Below, one piece after another: positions 18,783 to 29,877 of a stretch of 64,000 nt of DNA (position 1 is the first letter of the stretch; each line of letters starts with the position of its first letter). This stretch comes from Acidobacteriota bacterium (GTDB lineage: Bacteria > Acidobacteriota > UBA890 > WLXD01). The notes under the pieces were generated by a model. The model was not told where the DNA came from. It searched no databases and saw nothing but the letters and a program-made list of their open reading frames with translations. The stretch covers positions 1 to 64,000 of the forward strand of contig CAXWPH010000006.1 in the NCBI GenBank assembly GCA_963666055.2, written 5' to 3'. The translations under genes were made by a program, and so were the position numbers.

Positions 18783-19796
18783 ATGTACGTCTTGGTTACG
18801 GGAGGGGCCGGCTACGTCGGCTGCAACATCGTTCGTTCGCTGATCGATGCCGGGCATCGAGTGTGCGTCGTCGACGATCTGTCGTCAGGTCACCGTGCCG
18901 CCCTGCCGCTCGAAGTCGAGCTCATCGTCGGGAGTTGCGGCGATCGAGCGGCTCTCGATGCCGTGCCTCAGCGACCCGACGGGGTCATGCACATGGCGGC
19001 CAAGTGCTCCGTGGCGGAGTCGATGCAGCAGCCGCGCGACTACTACGACGTTAACGTCGGCCAGAGCATCGCGCTGTTGGATTGGATGGTCGACCGCGAT
19101 GTTGGCTGGATCATTCACTCGTCGACGGCTGCTGTGTATGGCATACCGGAGCGCATGCCGATCGACGAATCGGCTCCGGCGCAGCCGATCAATGCATACG
19201 GCGCCACCAAGCTTGCAGTAGATGGCGCCATCCGCCATTACGCCAGTGCCTATGGCTTGTGCGGCATATCGCTGCGTTACTTCAATGCCGCTGGCGCGCG
19301 CCCGGACGGGTCGCTCGGCGAGGACAAGAAGCCGGCAAGCAACCTGGTACCGAACGTGCTGGCGGTGGCGCTGGGCAGAGCCGACGCGCTCGACGTGTAC
19401 GGCAACGACTACGACAGCGTCGACGGCACGGCTGTACGCGACTACGTGCATGTCATGGATCTGGCGGCGGCTCACCTCGACGCGATGAAGGGCATCGCGT
19501 CGATCAACGGCAGCGCCGTATACAACCTCGGCACCGAGACCGGATCGACCGTCATGCAGGTGGTCGAGGTCGCCCGCGGGGTGACCGATCACCCGATTCC
19601 GGTGCGCCCGGCGACCAACCGACCCGGCGATCCACCGGCGCTGGTCGCCTCCGCGGCGCGCGCTCGCGACGAGCTCGGCTGGGTACCAAAGCACTCTGAC
19701 CTGAAAACGATTCTGCGGGATGCCTGGGCATGGCATCAGTCGCACCCGGCCGGCTATGGGTCGGCCGCCGACCAACAGACGCAGCGGTCCGAGTGA
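18783..19796 (+). CDS. galE: UDP-glucose 4-epimerase
   Basis: VTGGAGYVG, YGATK, LRYFNAAGA, DGTAVRDYVHV. Confidence 0.93.
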   Translation: MYVLVTGGAGYVGCNIVRSLIDAGHRVCVVDDLSSGHRAALPLEVELIVGSCGDRAALDAVPQRPDGVMHMAAKCSVAESMQQPRDYYDVNVGQSIALLDWMVDRDVGWIIHSSTAAVYGIPERMPIDESAPAQPINAYGATKLAVDGAIRHYASAYGLCGISLRYFNAAGARPDGSLGEDKKPASNLVPNVLAVALGRADALDVYGNDYDSVDGTAVRDYVHVMDLAAAHLDAMKGIASINGSAVYNLGTETGSTVMQVVEVARGVTDHPIPVRPATNRPGDPPALVASAARARDELGWVPKHSDLKTILRDAWAWHQSHPAGYGSAADQQTQRSE

Positions 19797-20587
19797 GGCG
19801 CATCGCAACTGCGGCCGTGATCATCGCACTGCTGCTGGCGGTACTGTGGCTGCCGTGGCAGGCGTTCGCACTCCTGATGGCGCTCGTGCTGCTGCTGGCG
19901 TGGAGCGAGTACGCCCGTCTGGTCCGCCCCTTGGGAGTCGTGCCCGCGTCGGTGCCGGGCGCCTTGGTGGCTCTCGGCTGTGCGTTGTCCTTCGCATCGT
20001 CCAGCCCGGGTGCACCGCTGCTGTGGCTCCTCCTGGGCGTGCTGGTGGCAACGGCGGCCAGCCTGCGCGAGGGGTACTCAGACCCAACAAGATTTGTCGG
20101 CGCGCTAGCCGCAACGCTTTGCGGCATCGTCTGGTTGGGGTTGATCCCCGGCGCCCACATAGGCCTGCGCCGTTTGCCAGACGGCGAAACATGGCTGCTG
20201 TTCGTCTATGCCGCCGTGGCGGTAGGCGATTCCGCGGCGCTGTATGGTGGGACCGCGTTCGGCCGGCGCAAGCTCGCTCCTTTCCTGTCGCCCAACAAGA
20301 CCGTCGAGGGCACGGTGGCGGGCATCGTAGGCAGCGCCGCGGCCAGCTACGCGGTCGGCATGTGGCTGCCGGGCGTCAGCGATCTCCAGGCCGTCGGGCT
20401 GGGGGTGCTACTGGGGGCCGCCGGCCAAGTTGGCGACCTGATGGAGTCGGCGTTGAAGCGCGCTGCAGGCGTCAAGGACTCCTCGGCGCTGCTACCTGGG
20501 CACGGCGGCGTACTCGATCGCGTCGACTCCCACCTTCCTGCTGGCGCCGTTCTGTACCTCGTCCTGAGCGCTGGATGGGTCGCCTGA
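19793..20587 (+). CDS. cdsA: Phosphatidate cytidylyltransferase
   Basis: SPNKTVEG, GDLMESALKRAAGVKDS..LLPGHGGVLDRVDS. Confidence 0.95.
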   Translation: MRRIATAAVIIALLLAVLWLPWQAFALLMALVLLLAWSEYARLVRPLGVVPASVPGALVALGCALSFASSSPGAPLLWLLLGVLVATAASLREGYSDPTRFVGALAATLCGIVWLGLIPGAHIGLRRLPDGETWLLFVYAAVAVGDSAALYGGTAFGRRKLAPFLSPNKTVEGTVAGIVGSAAASYAVGMWLPGVSDLQAVGLGVLLGAAGQVGDLMESALKRAAGVKDSSALLPGHGGVLDRVDSHLPAGAVLYLVLSAGWVA

Positions 20588-20685
20588 CCCGCTCGTCAAC
20601 GGCACCCTGCGCTGATCGGATCACGCCTGCTACTGTAGAGTTTCTTCAGTCATCCTTCCGCTCCGCTTCCTCCACCTAAGGTCTA

Positions 20686-22029
20686 ATGCTCGACGTGGTC
20701 GTCAACGCTCTGGCCCTTCTGTTCGTGCTCGGCGTGCTCATATTCGTGCACGAGCTCGGCCACTTCCTGGTGGCCAAGTACTTTGGCGTCGGCGTGGAGG
20801 TTTTCTCGCTCGGCTTCGGCAAGCGCGTGGCCGGGTTTCGACGTGGCAATACCGACTACCGATTGAGCCTGTTGCCGCTGGGCGGCTACGTGAAGATGGT
20901 CGGGGAGAACCCCGACGAGGAGCTCACTGGCGTCCCAAACGAGTACCTCGGCAAGCCGAAATGGCAACGCTTGCTGATACTTCTAGCAGGGCCGGCTATG
21001 AACGTCGTCCTGGCCTTCGTCTTGACCGTGGGGGTGTATCAGCTCGGCATTCTCGTTCCGGCAGACGCCAACGACCCGGTCGTGATCGGCCTGGTGCAAG
21101 CTGACTCCCCGGCCGACGCTGCGGGGCTCCGGCCCGGGGATCGCGTTGTCAGCGTCGACGGCGAGACGATGCCGAACTGGGAGCAGTTCCGCGTCCGCAT
21201 CCTTATCTCCGCTGACGAGCCCATGACCCTCGGAGTAATCCGCGACGGGGTGGAGATCCCGGTGCCGATCACCCCGATGGCGTCGGGCGAACAGGGTACC
21301 GGGCTAATCGGCGTCACCGCTCCGGCACCACCGGAAGTGGGCGCCGTCACCGAGGGCGGGGTGGCCGCAGCAGCCGGCTTGCAAGCCGGCGACCTGATCG
21401 TCGCGATCGACGGCAATGCCATCTCTCACTGGAACCGCCTTGTCGAAGTGCTGAGTGGGGGGGGCGATCAGCAGCTGACCCTGTCCGTGGATCGCGCTGG
21501 CAGCCGCTTCGAGACCACCCTCACCCCGCGCCTCGGCGACAACGAGGTGCTCGACGTCGGCTTCGTACCCAACCCGGCGAACTTCTTCGAGGTGCGCAGC
21601 TACCCGCTCGGCCAAGCACTGGTCGAGGCCGGACTCAAGCTGCGTCGAGATTCGCTGTTGCTCGGCGAGATCCTCAAGCGCCTGTTTACCGGCCGCATGT
21701 CAGTGCGGACCCTGTCCGGGCCCATCGAGATCGCCCGGTTCTCGGGCGACGCCACGCGTACCGGCGACCCTTCAGTGGTGATGTCGTTCATGGCCTTCAT
21801 CAGCTTGCAACTCGGCATCCTGAACCTGTTGCCGATCCCGGTGCTCGACGGCGGTCAGATCGCGCTGATCCTGTTCGAGGGTGCGATCCGACGCGACCTG
21901 TCGCTGCGGGCGAAGGAGCGGATCATGCAGGTCGGGTTGGTGATTCTGGTGTTGCTGATGGCGCTCGTGTTGACGCTGGACCTCAGCAAGGCGATCCCCG
22001 ACTCGTGGTTCGCTTGGCTGCCGTTCTGA
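20686..22029 (+). CDS. rseP: RIP metalloprotease RseP with two PDZ domains
   Basis: HELGH, GGYVKM, NLLPIPVLDGG. Confidence 0.96.
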   Translation: MLDVVVNALALLFVLGVLIFVHELGHFLVAKYFGVGVEVFSLGFGKRVAGFRRGNTDYRLSLLPLGGYVKMVGENPDEELTGVPNEYLGKPKWQRLLILLAGPAMNVVLAFVLTVGVYQLGILVPADANDPVVIGLVQADSPADAAGLRPGDRVVSVDGETMPNWEQFRVRILISADEPMTLGVIRDGVEIPVPITPMASGEQGTGLIGVTAPAPPEVGAVTEGGVAAAAGLQAGDLIVAIDGNAISHWNRLVEVLSGGGDQQLTLSVDRAGSRFETTLTPRLGDNEVLDVGFVPNPANFFEVRSYPLGQALVEAGLKLRRDSLLLGEILKRLFTGRMSVRTLSGPIEIARFSGDATRTGDPSVVMSFMAFISLQLGILNLLPIPVLDGGQIALILFEGAIRRDLSLRAKERIMQVGLVILVLLMALVLTLDLSKAIPDSWFAWLPF

Positions 22030-22139
22030 CCGCGTCGCAGGCCGACACCGACACCTTCGATTCGAAACACCTGCAGCCGTCGCACGTATGCTTAAGTGAT
22101 GGGCCTGCTGAGCAGGCGCTTGAACTGGAGTGAGTCGCA

Positions 22140-22871
22140 ATGAAGATCACGGTGGAACACCGGCCCTCCTATGCGCTCGGGATCGTCGAGCTGGCCGCCG
22201 GCGAGTCGGTGAAGGCGGAGTCAGGGGCGATGGTCTCCATGAGCGGCAACATGAAAGTCGAGAGCGGAGTCCAGGGCGGCCTACTGAAGGGCGCCATGCG
22301 CAAGGTGCTCGGCGGCGAGTCGTTCTTCGTCAACACCTTCACCCCCGAAGGGGCGGCGGGGCACGTGACGTTCGCTCCGAGCCTGCCGGGAGACATCGTC
22401 GACCATCTCGTTGAAGGCGACCTGTACGTGCAATCGGGTTCCTATCTCGCCGGCGACCCGGCTGTAGAAACCGACATCAAGTGGGGTGGAGCGCGCGCTT
22501 TCTTCGCTTCTGAAGGGCTGTTCTTGCTGCATCTGAAAGGCAACGGCCACGTGCTCCTGAGCTCTTTCGGCGCCATCCACAAGGTGCCCGTCGACAGCTC
22601 CCAGAGCCTGGTGATCGATACCGGTCACATCGTTGCCTTCGACTCAGCGTTGCAATGGAACGTGCGCAAAGTGGCGGGGATCTTCACCTCGCTGATCTCC
22701 GGTGAGGGGCTCGTGGCGGAGTTCTCCGGCAACGGCAACGTCTACCTGCAGACGCGCTCGAACCAGGCGTTCCTGGACTGGTTGGTGCCGCGGCTGCCAA
22801 CCGCGCATGCCTCGAGCGGTGGACGCGGCGGTATTGGCGGCATCATCGGAAACGTGCTCGGCGGGCGCTAG
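22140..22871 (+). CDS. AIM24/TIGR00266 family protein
   Basis: AESGAMVSM, GGESFFVNTF, DTGHIVAF, SGEGLVAEFSG. Confidence 0.9.
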   Translation: MKITVEHRPSYALGIVELAAGESVKAESGAMVSMSGNMKVESGVQGGLLKGAMRKVLGGESFFVNTFTPEGAAGHVTFAPSLPGDIVDHLVEGDLYVQSGSYLAGDPAVETDIKWGGARAFFASEGLFLLHLKGNGHVLLSSFGAIHKVPVDSSQSLVIDTGHIVAFDSALQWNVRKVAGIFTSLISGEGLVAEFSGNGNVYLQTRSNQAFLDWLVPRLPTAHASSGGRGGIGGIIGNVLGGR

Positions 22872-22872
22872 C

Positions 22873-22896
22873 AAGCCGGGGGCGCTCCCCCGGCTT
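22873..22896. terminator. Hairpin between convergent genes
   Basis: AAGCCGGGGG-CGCT-CCCCCGGCTT. Confidence 0.6.
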
Positions 22897-23483
22897 CACC
22901 CAGCCTGCAGGAACTGGCGAACACCTTCCATGAACATCTGTACCGCCAGCGCGGTGAGGACCATCCCCATCAGCCGCTCGACAGCGAGAAGACCTCGGCG
23001 ACCCAGGACGCGGCCCAGAGGCTGGGCCACGAACAGCACCGCACCGGTGATCGCCCAGGCGATGATCACTGCCGCCAGCCACTCAGGCCGGCGAGCGGGC
23101 TCGCGGTTCATGATCAACAGGACAGTGGCGAGCGCCGAGGGCCCGGCAACGAAGGGGATCGCCAGGGGAACGATGAACGGCTCCCCGTCGATGTCCTCAC
23201 CGCGGCCGGTGGCGGTGGGAAACGTCATGCGGATGGCGATCATGAAGAGGATGATCCCGCCCGCGATGGTAAGCGAGGGCTCAGCAATTCCAAGCAGACG
23301 CAGCAGCCGCGCGCCGAGAAACAGGAACGCCATCAGCGCCGTCAAGGCGAACAACAGCTCTCGCGCCATGACCAGCCGGCGACGACTCACATCGACGTCG
23401 GACAGCGCCGCAAGGAAGAACGGGATGTTGCCAATAGGATCGAGTACCAGCAGCAGCATCAGCGTCGCGGAGAGAACGGTCAT
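22896..23483 (-). CDS. MarC family membrane protein
   Basis: LDPIGNIPFF, IVPLAIPFVAGPSA, ERLMGMVL. Confidence 0.92.
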   Translation of the reverse strand: MTVLSATLMLLLVLDPIGNIPFFLAALSDVDVSRRRLVMARELLFALTALMAFLFLGARLLRLLGIAEPSLTIAGGIILFMIAIRMTFPTATGRGEDIDGEPFIVPLAIPFVAGPSALATVLLIMNREPARRPEWLAAVIIAWAITGAVLFVAQPLGRVLGRRGLLAVERLMGMVLTALAVQMFMEGVRQFLQAG

Positions 23484-23560
23484 CGCCCTTTTCCAACTCG
23501 AGGGTTGTCGCCGGTGAGTGGAGCCCGACCTCGACCGGACGTACGGCTAGCAGGCCGACG

Positions 23561-23980
23561 CTAGAGCAGCTCGCGACCCGAGAAGTGGAACGCGAGCTCC
23601 TGAGCTGCTGTTTTCGGGCCGTCGGAGCCATGTACCGAGTTGCGCTCGATGCTCTCGGCGTACAGAGCGCGGATGGTTCCGGGCTCGGCATCCTCAGGGT
23701 TGGTGGCCCCCATGACCCGGCGCAGATGAGCAATGGCGTTCTCACGCTCCAACGCCACCGCGAAGATCGGCCCGGAAGTCATGAAGTCGCACAGGCTTTC
23801 GAAGAACGGGCGACTGCGATGTACAGCGTAGAACGCCTCTGCCTCGGCGCGCGACAGCTGCGTTTTCTTGCATGCCACGACACGGAAGCCGTCTTGCTCG
23901 TAGTGCGCCAGGATCGTGCCCGCCAGATTTCGCGCCGTGGCGTCGGGCTTGATCATCGCCAGGGTCCGCTCTACAGCCAT
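23561..23980 (-). CDS. ndk: Nucleoside diphosphate kinase
   Basis: [24 protein letters not shown]. Confidence 0.98.
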   Translation of the reverse strand: MAVERTLAMIKPDATARNLAGTILAHYEQDGFRVVACKKTQLSRAEAEAFYAVHRSRPFFESLCDFMTSGPIFAVALERENAIAHLRRVMGATNPEDAEPGTIRALYAESIERNSVHGSDGPKTAAQELAFHFSGRELL

Positions 23981-23986
23981 CCTCAG

Positions 23987-24915
23987 CTACTCCTCCAGCT
24001 TCGCAACGAGCTCGCGCACATGCGCCACCGAACGGTCGAATTCAGCCTGCTCGGATTCGGTGAGCTCGATCTCCAAGACGCGTTCCATTCCGCCGATGCC
24101 AAGCACCGCCGGGACTCCGACAAACAGGCCGTTCACGCCATACTCGCCCTCGAGACACGCCGCCACCGGCAGGATCTTCTTCTTGTCCAGAAGGATCGCC
24201 TCGATCATCTCGGCGATCGACTCACCAGGAGCGTAGTAGGCCGAGCCCGTACCCAGCAGCTTGATGATCTCAGCACCGCCATTACGGGTGCGATCGACGA
24301 TCCGCTGCACCTGCTCGCTGCTCATGAGCTCGGTGATCGGCACCCCGGCCACGGTCGAGTAGCGCGGCAAGGGCACCATGGTATCGCCGTGCCCGCCGAG
24401 CACGAAGGCATGCGTGTTCTCGACCGAAACGCCCAGCTCCATGGCGATGAAGGCACGGCAGCGCGCCGAGTCGAGGACCCCCGCCATCCCCATGATGCGC
24501 TGGCGCGGAAACCCCGACTCTTCTGGGCCACGTACACCATGGCGTCGAGCGGATTGGTGACCAGGATCAGGATCGAATCAGGCGAGTACTTGACAACTTC
24601 GTCGACCACCCCACCAACGATCTTGACGTTCTTGAACAACAGGTCGTCACGGCTCATACCCGGCTTGCGAGCCAGGCCGGCGGTGATCACCACGATGTCG
24701 GAGTCCTGGGTGTCGATGTAGTTGTTGGTCCCGGTGATCTTGCAGTCACTGCCCACGATCGGCGTGGCTTCCATCATGTCGAGCGCCTTGCCCTGTGGCA
24801 TGCCCTCGACGATATCGACGAGGATCACATCGGCAAGGCGTCGATTGACGAGGCTGTAGGCACACGTCGCGCCGACATTTCCGGCGCCGACGATGCTGAC
24901 CTTTTTCAGGGCCAT
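23987..24915 (-). CDS. mdh: Malate dehydrogenase with a 1-nt frameshift near 24518-24523 (probably a sequence error)
   Basis: [22 protein letters not shown] in ORF 24322-24915; [25 protein letters not shown] in ORF 23987-24493. Confidence 0.93.
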
Positions 24916-24918
24916 GTC

Positions 24919-26169
24919 TCAGTTCTCCATATTGTCGACGAGCGCCCGACCGAACTCGGAGCAGCTCAGGAGCGTCGCGCCATCCATCTGGCGCTCGAGG
25001 TCGTACGTGACGGTCTTGGCTTGCAAGATCTTTTCGAGCGCCCGCTCGATCAGGCGCGCGGCCTCGGCCCAGCCAAGGTGATCGAGCATCATGACGCCAC
25101 TGAGGATCAACGACGACGGGTTCACCTTGTCCTGGCCGGTGTACTTCGGCGCGGTGCCGTGCGTGGGCTCGAAGAGCGCCACGTCGTCGCTCATGTTGGC
25201 GCCAGGCGCCATGCCCAGGCCGCCGACTTGCGCCGCGGCGGCGTCGGAAATGTAATCGCCGTTCAGGTTAGGCGTAGCGATGACGTCGTATTCGCTGGGC
25301 CGCAGCAGAATCTGCTGGAACATGGCGTCGGCAATGCGGTCTTTTATCACCACCTTGCCGTCCGGTATCTGACCGCCATGGTCATCCCAGAGCTCGGTCT
25401 CGGTGAGCGTGACGTTGCCGAATTCCTCGCCGGCGAGCTCGTAGCCCCAGGCGCAAAAAGCGCCCTCGGTGAACTTCATGATGTTGCCCTTGTGCATCAG
25501 AGTGACGCTGGCACGACCGCTGTCGAGAGCATAGCGAATCGCCTTGCGAACGAGCCTCTTGGAGCCGTCTGCCGACATCGGCTTGATGCCAATTCCGCTC
25601 CCTGCGCGTATCTGGGCATCAAGCTCGGTACGCATGAACTCGATCGCTCGGTTCGCCTTCTCGCTCCCCGCCTCCCACTCGATACCCGCATAGACGTCCT
25701 CGGTATTCTCGCGAACGATCACCACGTTGAGCTTCTCCGGCTCGCGCACCGGCGAAGGCGTGCCGCGGTAGTACTTCACCGGCCGTATGCAGGCATACAG
25801 GTCGAGCCGTTGACGTAGTGCCACGTTCAGGCTACGCATGCCGCCCCCCACCGGCGTGGTCATCGGTCCCTTGATCGCTACTCGGTAGCGACTTATGGCG
25901 TCGAGCGTGCTCTGAGGCAGCCACTCACCCACCTCGGCTCGCGCTTTCCCGCCCGCAAAAAGCTCCATCCAGGCGATAGCGCGCGCGCCACCGTACGCGT
26001 TGGCGACGGCACTGTCGAACACATGGCGCGCAGCCACCCAAATATCGGGTCCGATCCCGTCGCCTTCCAGCCAGCAGACGATCGGTTGATCGAGGACCAC
26101 CAGTCGGCCTTGACCGTCGAGCTCGATGCGGACGCCCTCGGCAGGCGGCGTGTAGCTGTCGGCGGGCAT
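24919..26169 (-). CDS. icd: NADP-dependent isocitrate dehydrogenase
   Basis: [42 protein letters not shown]. Confidence 0.97.
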   Translation of the reverse strand: MPADSYTPPAEGVRIELDGQGRLVVLDQPIVCWLEGDGIGPDIWVAARHVFDSAVANAYGGARAIAWMELFAGGKARAEVGEWLPQSTLDAISRYRVAIKGPMTTPVGGGMRSLNVALRQRLDLYACIRPVKYYRGTPSPVREPEKLNVVIVRENTEDVYAGIEWEAGSEKANRAIEFMRTELDAQIRAGSGIGIKPMSADGSKRLVRKAIRYALDSGRASVTLMHKGNIMKFTEGAFCAWGYELAGEEFGNVTLTETELWDDHGGQIPDGKVVIKDRIADAMFQQILLRPSEYDVIATPNLNGDYISDAAAAQVGGLGMAPGANMSDDVALFEPTHGTAPKYTGQDKVNPSSLILSGVMMLDHLGWAEAARLIERALEKILQAKTVTYDLERQMDGATLLSCSEFGRALVDNMEN

Positions 26170-26419
26170 CTCGGCCTCTATAGTCGGCTTTCGCGTGTGC
26201 TCGGTGCGCGTGGGCCGGTCGGCGCGGCGGTCCGAGGGCGCGCGAGCTGGCGCGTAGGACGACAGGAAGGTGGCGCGATCCGGTCGGGACGGTACCCGAC
26301 GCGGTTCCGGGCACCGATGGAAAAGTCAAGCTACCACGGGGGCACCAGGGGGTTCAAACACCACCGGGTCACGCCCCGGATCAGCGATCATCGCGACGGT
26401 AGGGATGGCGAGCAGCAGC

Positions 26420-28015
26420 TCAGAACGAGATCAGGCGGGCCCAGTGAATGTCCGAGATGGCCAGGAGCTCGCCGAGTCCTTCGGCGTCCAGCAGCTGATC
26501 TATCGCCAGCACGACGATAGCCGTGCCACGGGGCTCATCGCGGCCCAGGCTCATGTCGCCGATGTTGATGCCACGCTCCGCGAGGAAAGTTCCCAACTGC
26601 CCGACAACCCCGGGGCGGTCTTCGTTCTCGAGCACCAAGAGATGACCTTCGAGCGTGGTCTCGACGGGTATCCGGCCAAGTTCCACGAGCCGACCGCGAG
26701 CTCCGTCGAAGACGGTGCCCGCCACCGAGTGCTTCCCTGATTCAGTTGTCGCCGTCACTCGAATCAGGCTCTGGTAGCCGCGCTCCGACGTGCTCTTGGA
26801 CTCGTCCACCCCCAGACCTCTTTGGCGCGCAATCGCAGCGGCGTTGACGACATTGATCTGGTCGCCGAGGAACGGTCGTAGGTAGCCGGCGAGAATGTGC
26901 GCGCTGAGTGGGCGGAGCGTGTATCCGGTTATCTCGCCGTGATACTCGATCTGCAATCGTTCGATGTTATCGAAGCACTGTGACACCAGAGCGCCGAGCC
27001 GTTCCCCGAGCTCAAGATACGGTTCCATAGCGCGCTGCTCGTCCGCCGGTACCGCCTGGACGTTGACCGCGTGGCGAATCACCCCGTCGGCAAGATAGTC
27101 GGCAACCTGTCGGGCTATACCCGACCCGACGCGCTGGCGCGCCTCGTGGGTTGCCCCGCCGAGATGCGGCGTACCGACGAAGCTCGGGTGCGCCAGCAGC
27201 GCCGCGTTGTCTGTAGGCTCGGTCTCGAACACGTCGCAGGCGGCGCCGGCCAGTTGGCCGGATTCGAGCCCCGCCAGCAGTGCTGCCTCCTCGACCAGGC
27301 CGCCGCGGGCACAGTTGACCAACCGGGCTCCCGTTTTCATCGATGCGATCGCCTCGTCATCGATCAGGTGCGTCGTATCGTCGGTCTTCGGGACGTGCAG
27401 GGTGAGAAAGTCGGCCTGCGGTAGCAGCTCGGCGGTGGACACCAACTCGATGCCGAGGTCATGCGCCACTGACGGTGACAGGAACGGGTCGGAGCCCACG
27501 ACACGCATCTCCATGCCGCGCGCCCGACGCGCCACCTCCCGGCCAATGCGACCCAGGCCGATGATCCCGAGTGTCTTGTCCTTGAGCTCCACACCGAGAT
27601 AGGCGGCCCGATCCCACACGCCCTGCTTCAGCGCCGCCGACGATTGCGGGATATTCCGCGCCAGCGACATCAGCATCGCCATCGTGTGTTCCGCCGCGGT
27701 GACGGTGTTTCCCCACGGCAGGTTCATCACCAGCACCCCTCGGCGCGTTGCAGCTTCCACGTCGATGTTGTCGACGCCAACGCCGGCACGGCCGACGACC
27801 TTCAGCAGCGGTGCTGCTGCCAGCGCCTCGGCGTCCACCTGGTGCGGCGAATGTACGATTACGCCGACGAAGGGTGCGATGATATCGGCCAGCGAGCCGG
27901 CCTCGCGAGCCGGAAGATGCTCGACGACGAGACCGGCGGACTCGAGAGCATCGCGTCCGTCCTCTGTCAGACGCCCGCAAACCAATACACGTCGCGGCGC
28001 TTCAGCCACGGGCAT
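26420..28015 (-). CDS. serA: D-3-phosphoglycerate dehydrogenase (ASB and ACT domains)
   Basis: GRAGVGVDNID, GLGRIG, NCARGGL, TPHLGG, EDRPGVVG. Confidence 0.96.
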   Translation of the reverse strand: MPVAEAPRRVLVCGRLTEDGRDALESAGLVVEHLPAREAGSLADIIAPFVGVIVHSPHQVDAEALAAAPLLKVVGRAGVGVDNIDVEAATRRGVLVMNLPWGNTVTAAEHTMAMLMSLARNIPQSSAALKQGVWDRAAYLGVELKDKTLGIIGLGRIGREVARRARGMEMRVVGSDPFLSPSVAHDLGIELVSTAELLPQADFLTLHVPKTDDTTHLIDDEAIASMKTGARLVNCARGGLVEEAALLAGLESGQLAGAACDVFETEPTDNAALLAHPSFVGTPHLGGATHEARQRVGSGIARQVADYLADGVIRHAVNVQAVPADEQRAMEPYLELGERLGALVSQCFDNIERLQIEYHGEITGYTLRPLSAHILAGYLRPFLGDQINVVNAAAIARQRGLGVDESKSTSERGYQSLIRVTATTESGKHSVAGTVFDGARGRLVELGRIPVETTLEGHLLVLENEDRPGVVGQLGTFLAERGINIGDMSLGRDEPRGTAIVVLAIDQLLDAEGLGELLAISDIHWARLISF

Positions 28016-29159
28016 CGAGCACGGCAGTCGCCGCCGCCACCGACGCCCCCATGCGAACCTGGTGACCGACTGACGCCAGGACGCGCTCCAGGGTGGCGAG
28101 CGTGCCCAACAAGTCGACGTCGTCGATGTAGCCGAGATGGCCGATGCGGAAGATATCGGGCTTGAGATCTCCCTGTCCGCCGGCGATGAAAAGATCATGG
28201 CGCTGCCGCATTGCGGCGACGATGTCGGGCGCCATCCCAGACTGCGGAGCTCGGATCGCGGTCACCGCTGGACTCGGCGACTCGGGTGAGAGAAGGCTTA
28301 GATCGAGCGCCCCCGCCGCCGCCCGCGTCGCCGCCGCGAGGGCCTGTGCGTTGTCTTCGAGGGCATCGATCCCGCCCGCATCGGCGATCGCACCCAGGGC
28401 CGCCTGTAGCTGCAGAATGAGCCCGGTGGCGGGCGTGAACGGCGTCTGGTCGTTGCCCGCCGAGCGCGCGTACTTGCGAAGGTCGAAATAGTAGCGTGGC
28501 TTGGCGCGCTCGCCGTTAATGCGCTCCCAGCCACGTGGCGAGCAGGCCACGAAACCGAGCCCGGGTGGAATCATGAAGGCCTTCTGCGACCCGCCGCAAA
28601 CAGCATCCAGCTCCCACGCATCGGTTTCAATCGGGAACGCCCCCACGGCGGTAATCGCATCCACGACGATGGCCGCATCGGGCTCCACACGCCGTGTCGC
28701 CGCGGCGATCTCGGCGACATCGACGGCCGCACCGGTAGACGTCTCGCTCGCTGTCATCACCAGCCCCCTCACCGGTCGAAACGCCGCCACCGCCTCGGCA
28801 GCGTCGGCGGCAGTCAAGGTCCCGCCGACCTCGGCATGCACGGTCTTGACCCGCATCCCGTACGTTTCCGCAACCTCCGCCCAGCGCTGCCCGAACTTTC
28901 CGCCGGCCAGCACCACCACCCGATCACCGGCTGAAAACAGGTTGACCAGCGCCGCCTCCACCGCGCCAGTACCCGACGAAGCCAACACGGCAACCGGCCC
29001 GTCAGTGCGGAATGCAGAGCGCAATCCCTCCTGCACCGCAGCAAAGCGGAGCTTGAACGCGGCGGCTCGATGATGCAACAGCGGGCCGATCGCAGCGGCA
29101 CGCGCCGACGGATGAACCGGTGCCGGGCCAGGCGTCATCAGCCGCGATTTGCGTATCAT
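28002..29159 (-). CDS. Class V PLP aminotransferase (alanine-glyoxylate/phosphoserine type)
   Basis: LMTPGP, SGTGAVEAA, ETSTG, GSQKAFMIPPGL; overlaps the serA start. Confidence 0.93.
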   Translation of the reverse strand: MIRKSRLMTPGPAPVHPSARAAAIGPLLHHRAAAFKLRFAAVQEGLRSAFRTDGPVAVLASSGTGAVEAALVNLFSAGDRVVVLAGGKFGQRWAEVAETYGMRVKTVHAEVGGTLTAADAAEAVAAFRPVRGLVMTASETSTGAAVDVAEIAAATRRVEPDAAIVVDAITAVGAFPIETDAWELDAVCGGSQKAFMIPPGLGFVACSPRGWERINGERAKPRYYFDLRKYARSAGNDQTPFTPATGLILQLQAALGAIADAGGIDALEDNAQALAAATRAAAGALDLSLLSPESPSPAVTAIRAPQSGMAPDIVAAMRQRHDLFIAGGQGDLKPDIFRIGHLGYIDDVDLLGTLATLERVLASVGHQVRMGASVAAATAVLDARG

Positions 29160-29253
29160 GGGGGCAGTGTAACTCAGAAGCGATGGGCGTCTTGCGCCTA
29201 CCAAATAGTGGCTCCGAGGAGTGTTCTCAGCTCCCGAAACGGATCACCACCCG

Positions 29254-29877
29254 ATGCCTGAGGATCGCTGTAGCGACATTACGCGCGCCGTGGTCGCGGT
29301 CGTTGCGGGCGGCCAAAGCGCGCGCATGGGGGCAGACAAATCGGCTCTATCGCTCGGCAATCGCCCTCTTGGCAGGTGGCCGGCCAAGGCGCTGTCGGCG
29401 GTGTGCGAAACGCGGGTACAACTCGGCGGCGACCCGATACCCGGGCTCGGCTGGCCGGTGCTCGCCGATCTGCGCCCTGGATGCGGACCTGCCGGAGCTA
29501 TCGAGACCGGCCTGGCGGCATTCGCCGGTGCGGCGCTCGTGGTGTGCGCCGCAGACCTGCCGTTCGTACCAGCGGCGCTCCTTGCCGACCTGCTGCGGCG
29601 CCTGGCCGGCGGGCGCATTGCCGCGGCACCCCGGCACGGACAGCGCTGGCACCCGCTGTGTGCGGCCTACTCCCCCGCGTTCCTGCCACCACTTCGTGAC
29701 TGGCTCGACACCGGGCGCCGCGATCTCCAGCGCCTTCTCGACAGCGTCGACGCGGTCGGGATCGGCGACTCCGAGCTGAGCGTGTTCGGCGATCCGCGCG
29801 ACATGCTGTGCAACGTCAACACGCCCGAAGATCTCGAGGCGGCACGAGCGCGTGTCTCAGGCGCCGAACTTCCGTAG
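29254..29877 (+). CDS. mobA: Molybdenum cofactor guanylyltransferase
   Basis: AGGQSARMGADK, GPAGAI, ADLPF, HPLCAAY, NVNTPEDL; start uncertain. Confidence 0.88.
   Translation: MPEDRCSDITRAVVAVVAGGQSARMGADKSALSLGNRPLGRWPAKALSAVCETRVQLGGDPIPGLGWPVLADLRPGCGPAGAIETGLAAFAGAALVVCAADLPFVPAALLADLLRRLAGGRIAAAPRHGQRWHPLCAAYSPAFLPPLRDWLDTGRRDLQRLLDSVDAVGIGDSELSVFGDPRDMLCNVNTPEDLEAARARVSGAELP

Noticed and set aside
24490-24540. Programmed frameshift or pseudogenisation of mdh
   Set aside because: One missing base restores a normal, otherwise intact enzyme (AQK[14 protein letters not shown]). There is no slippery heptamer, so a sequencing or assembly indel is more likely.
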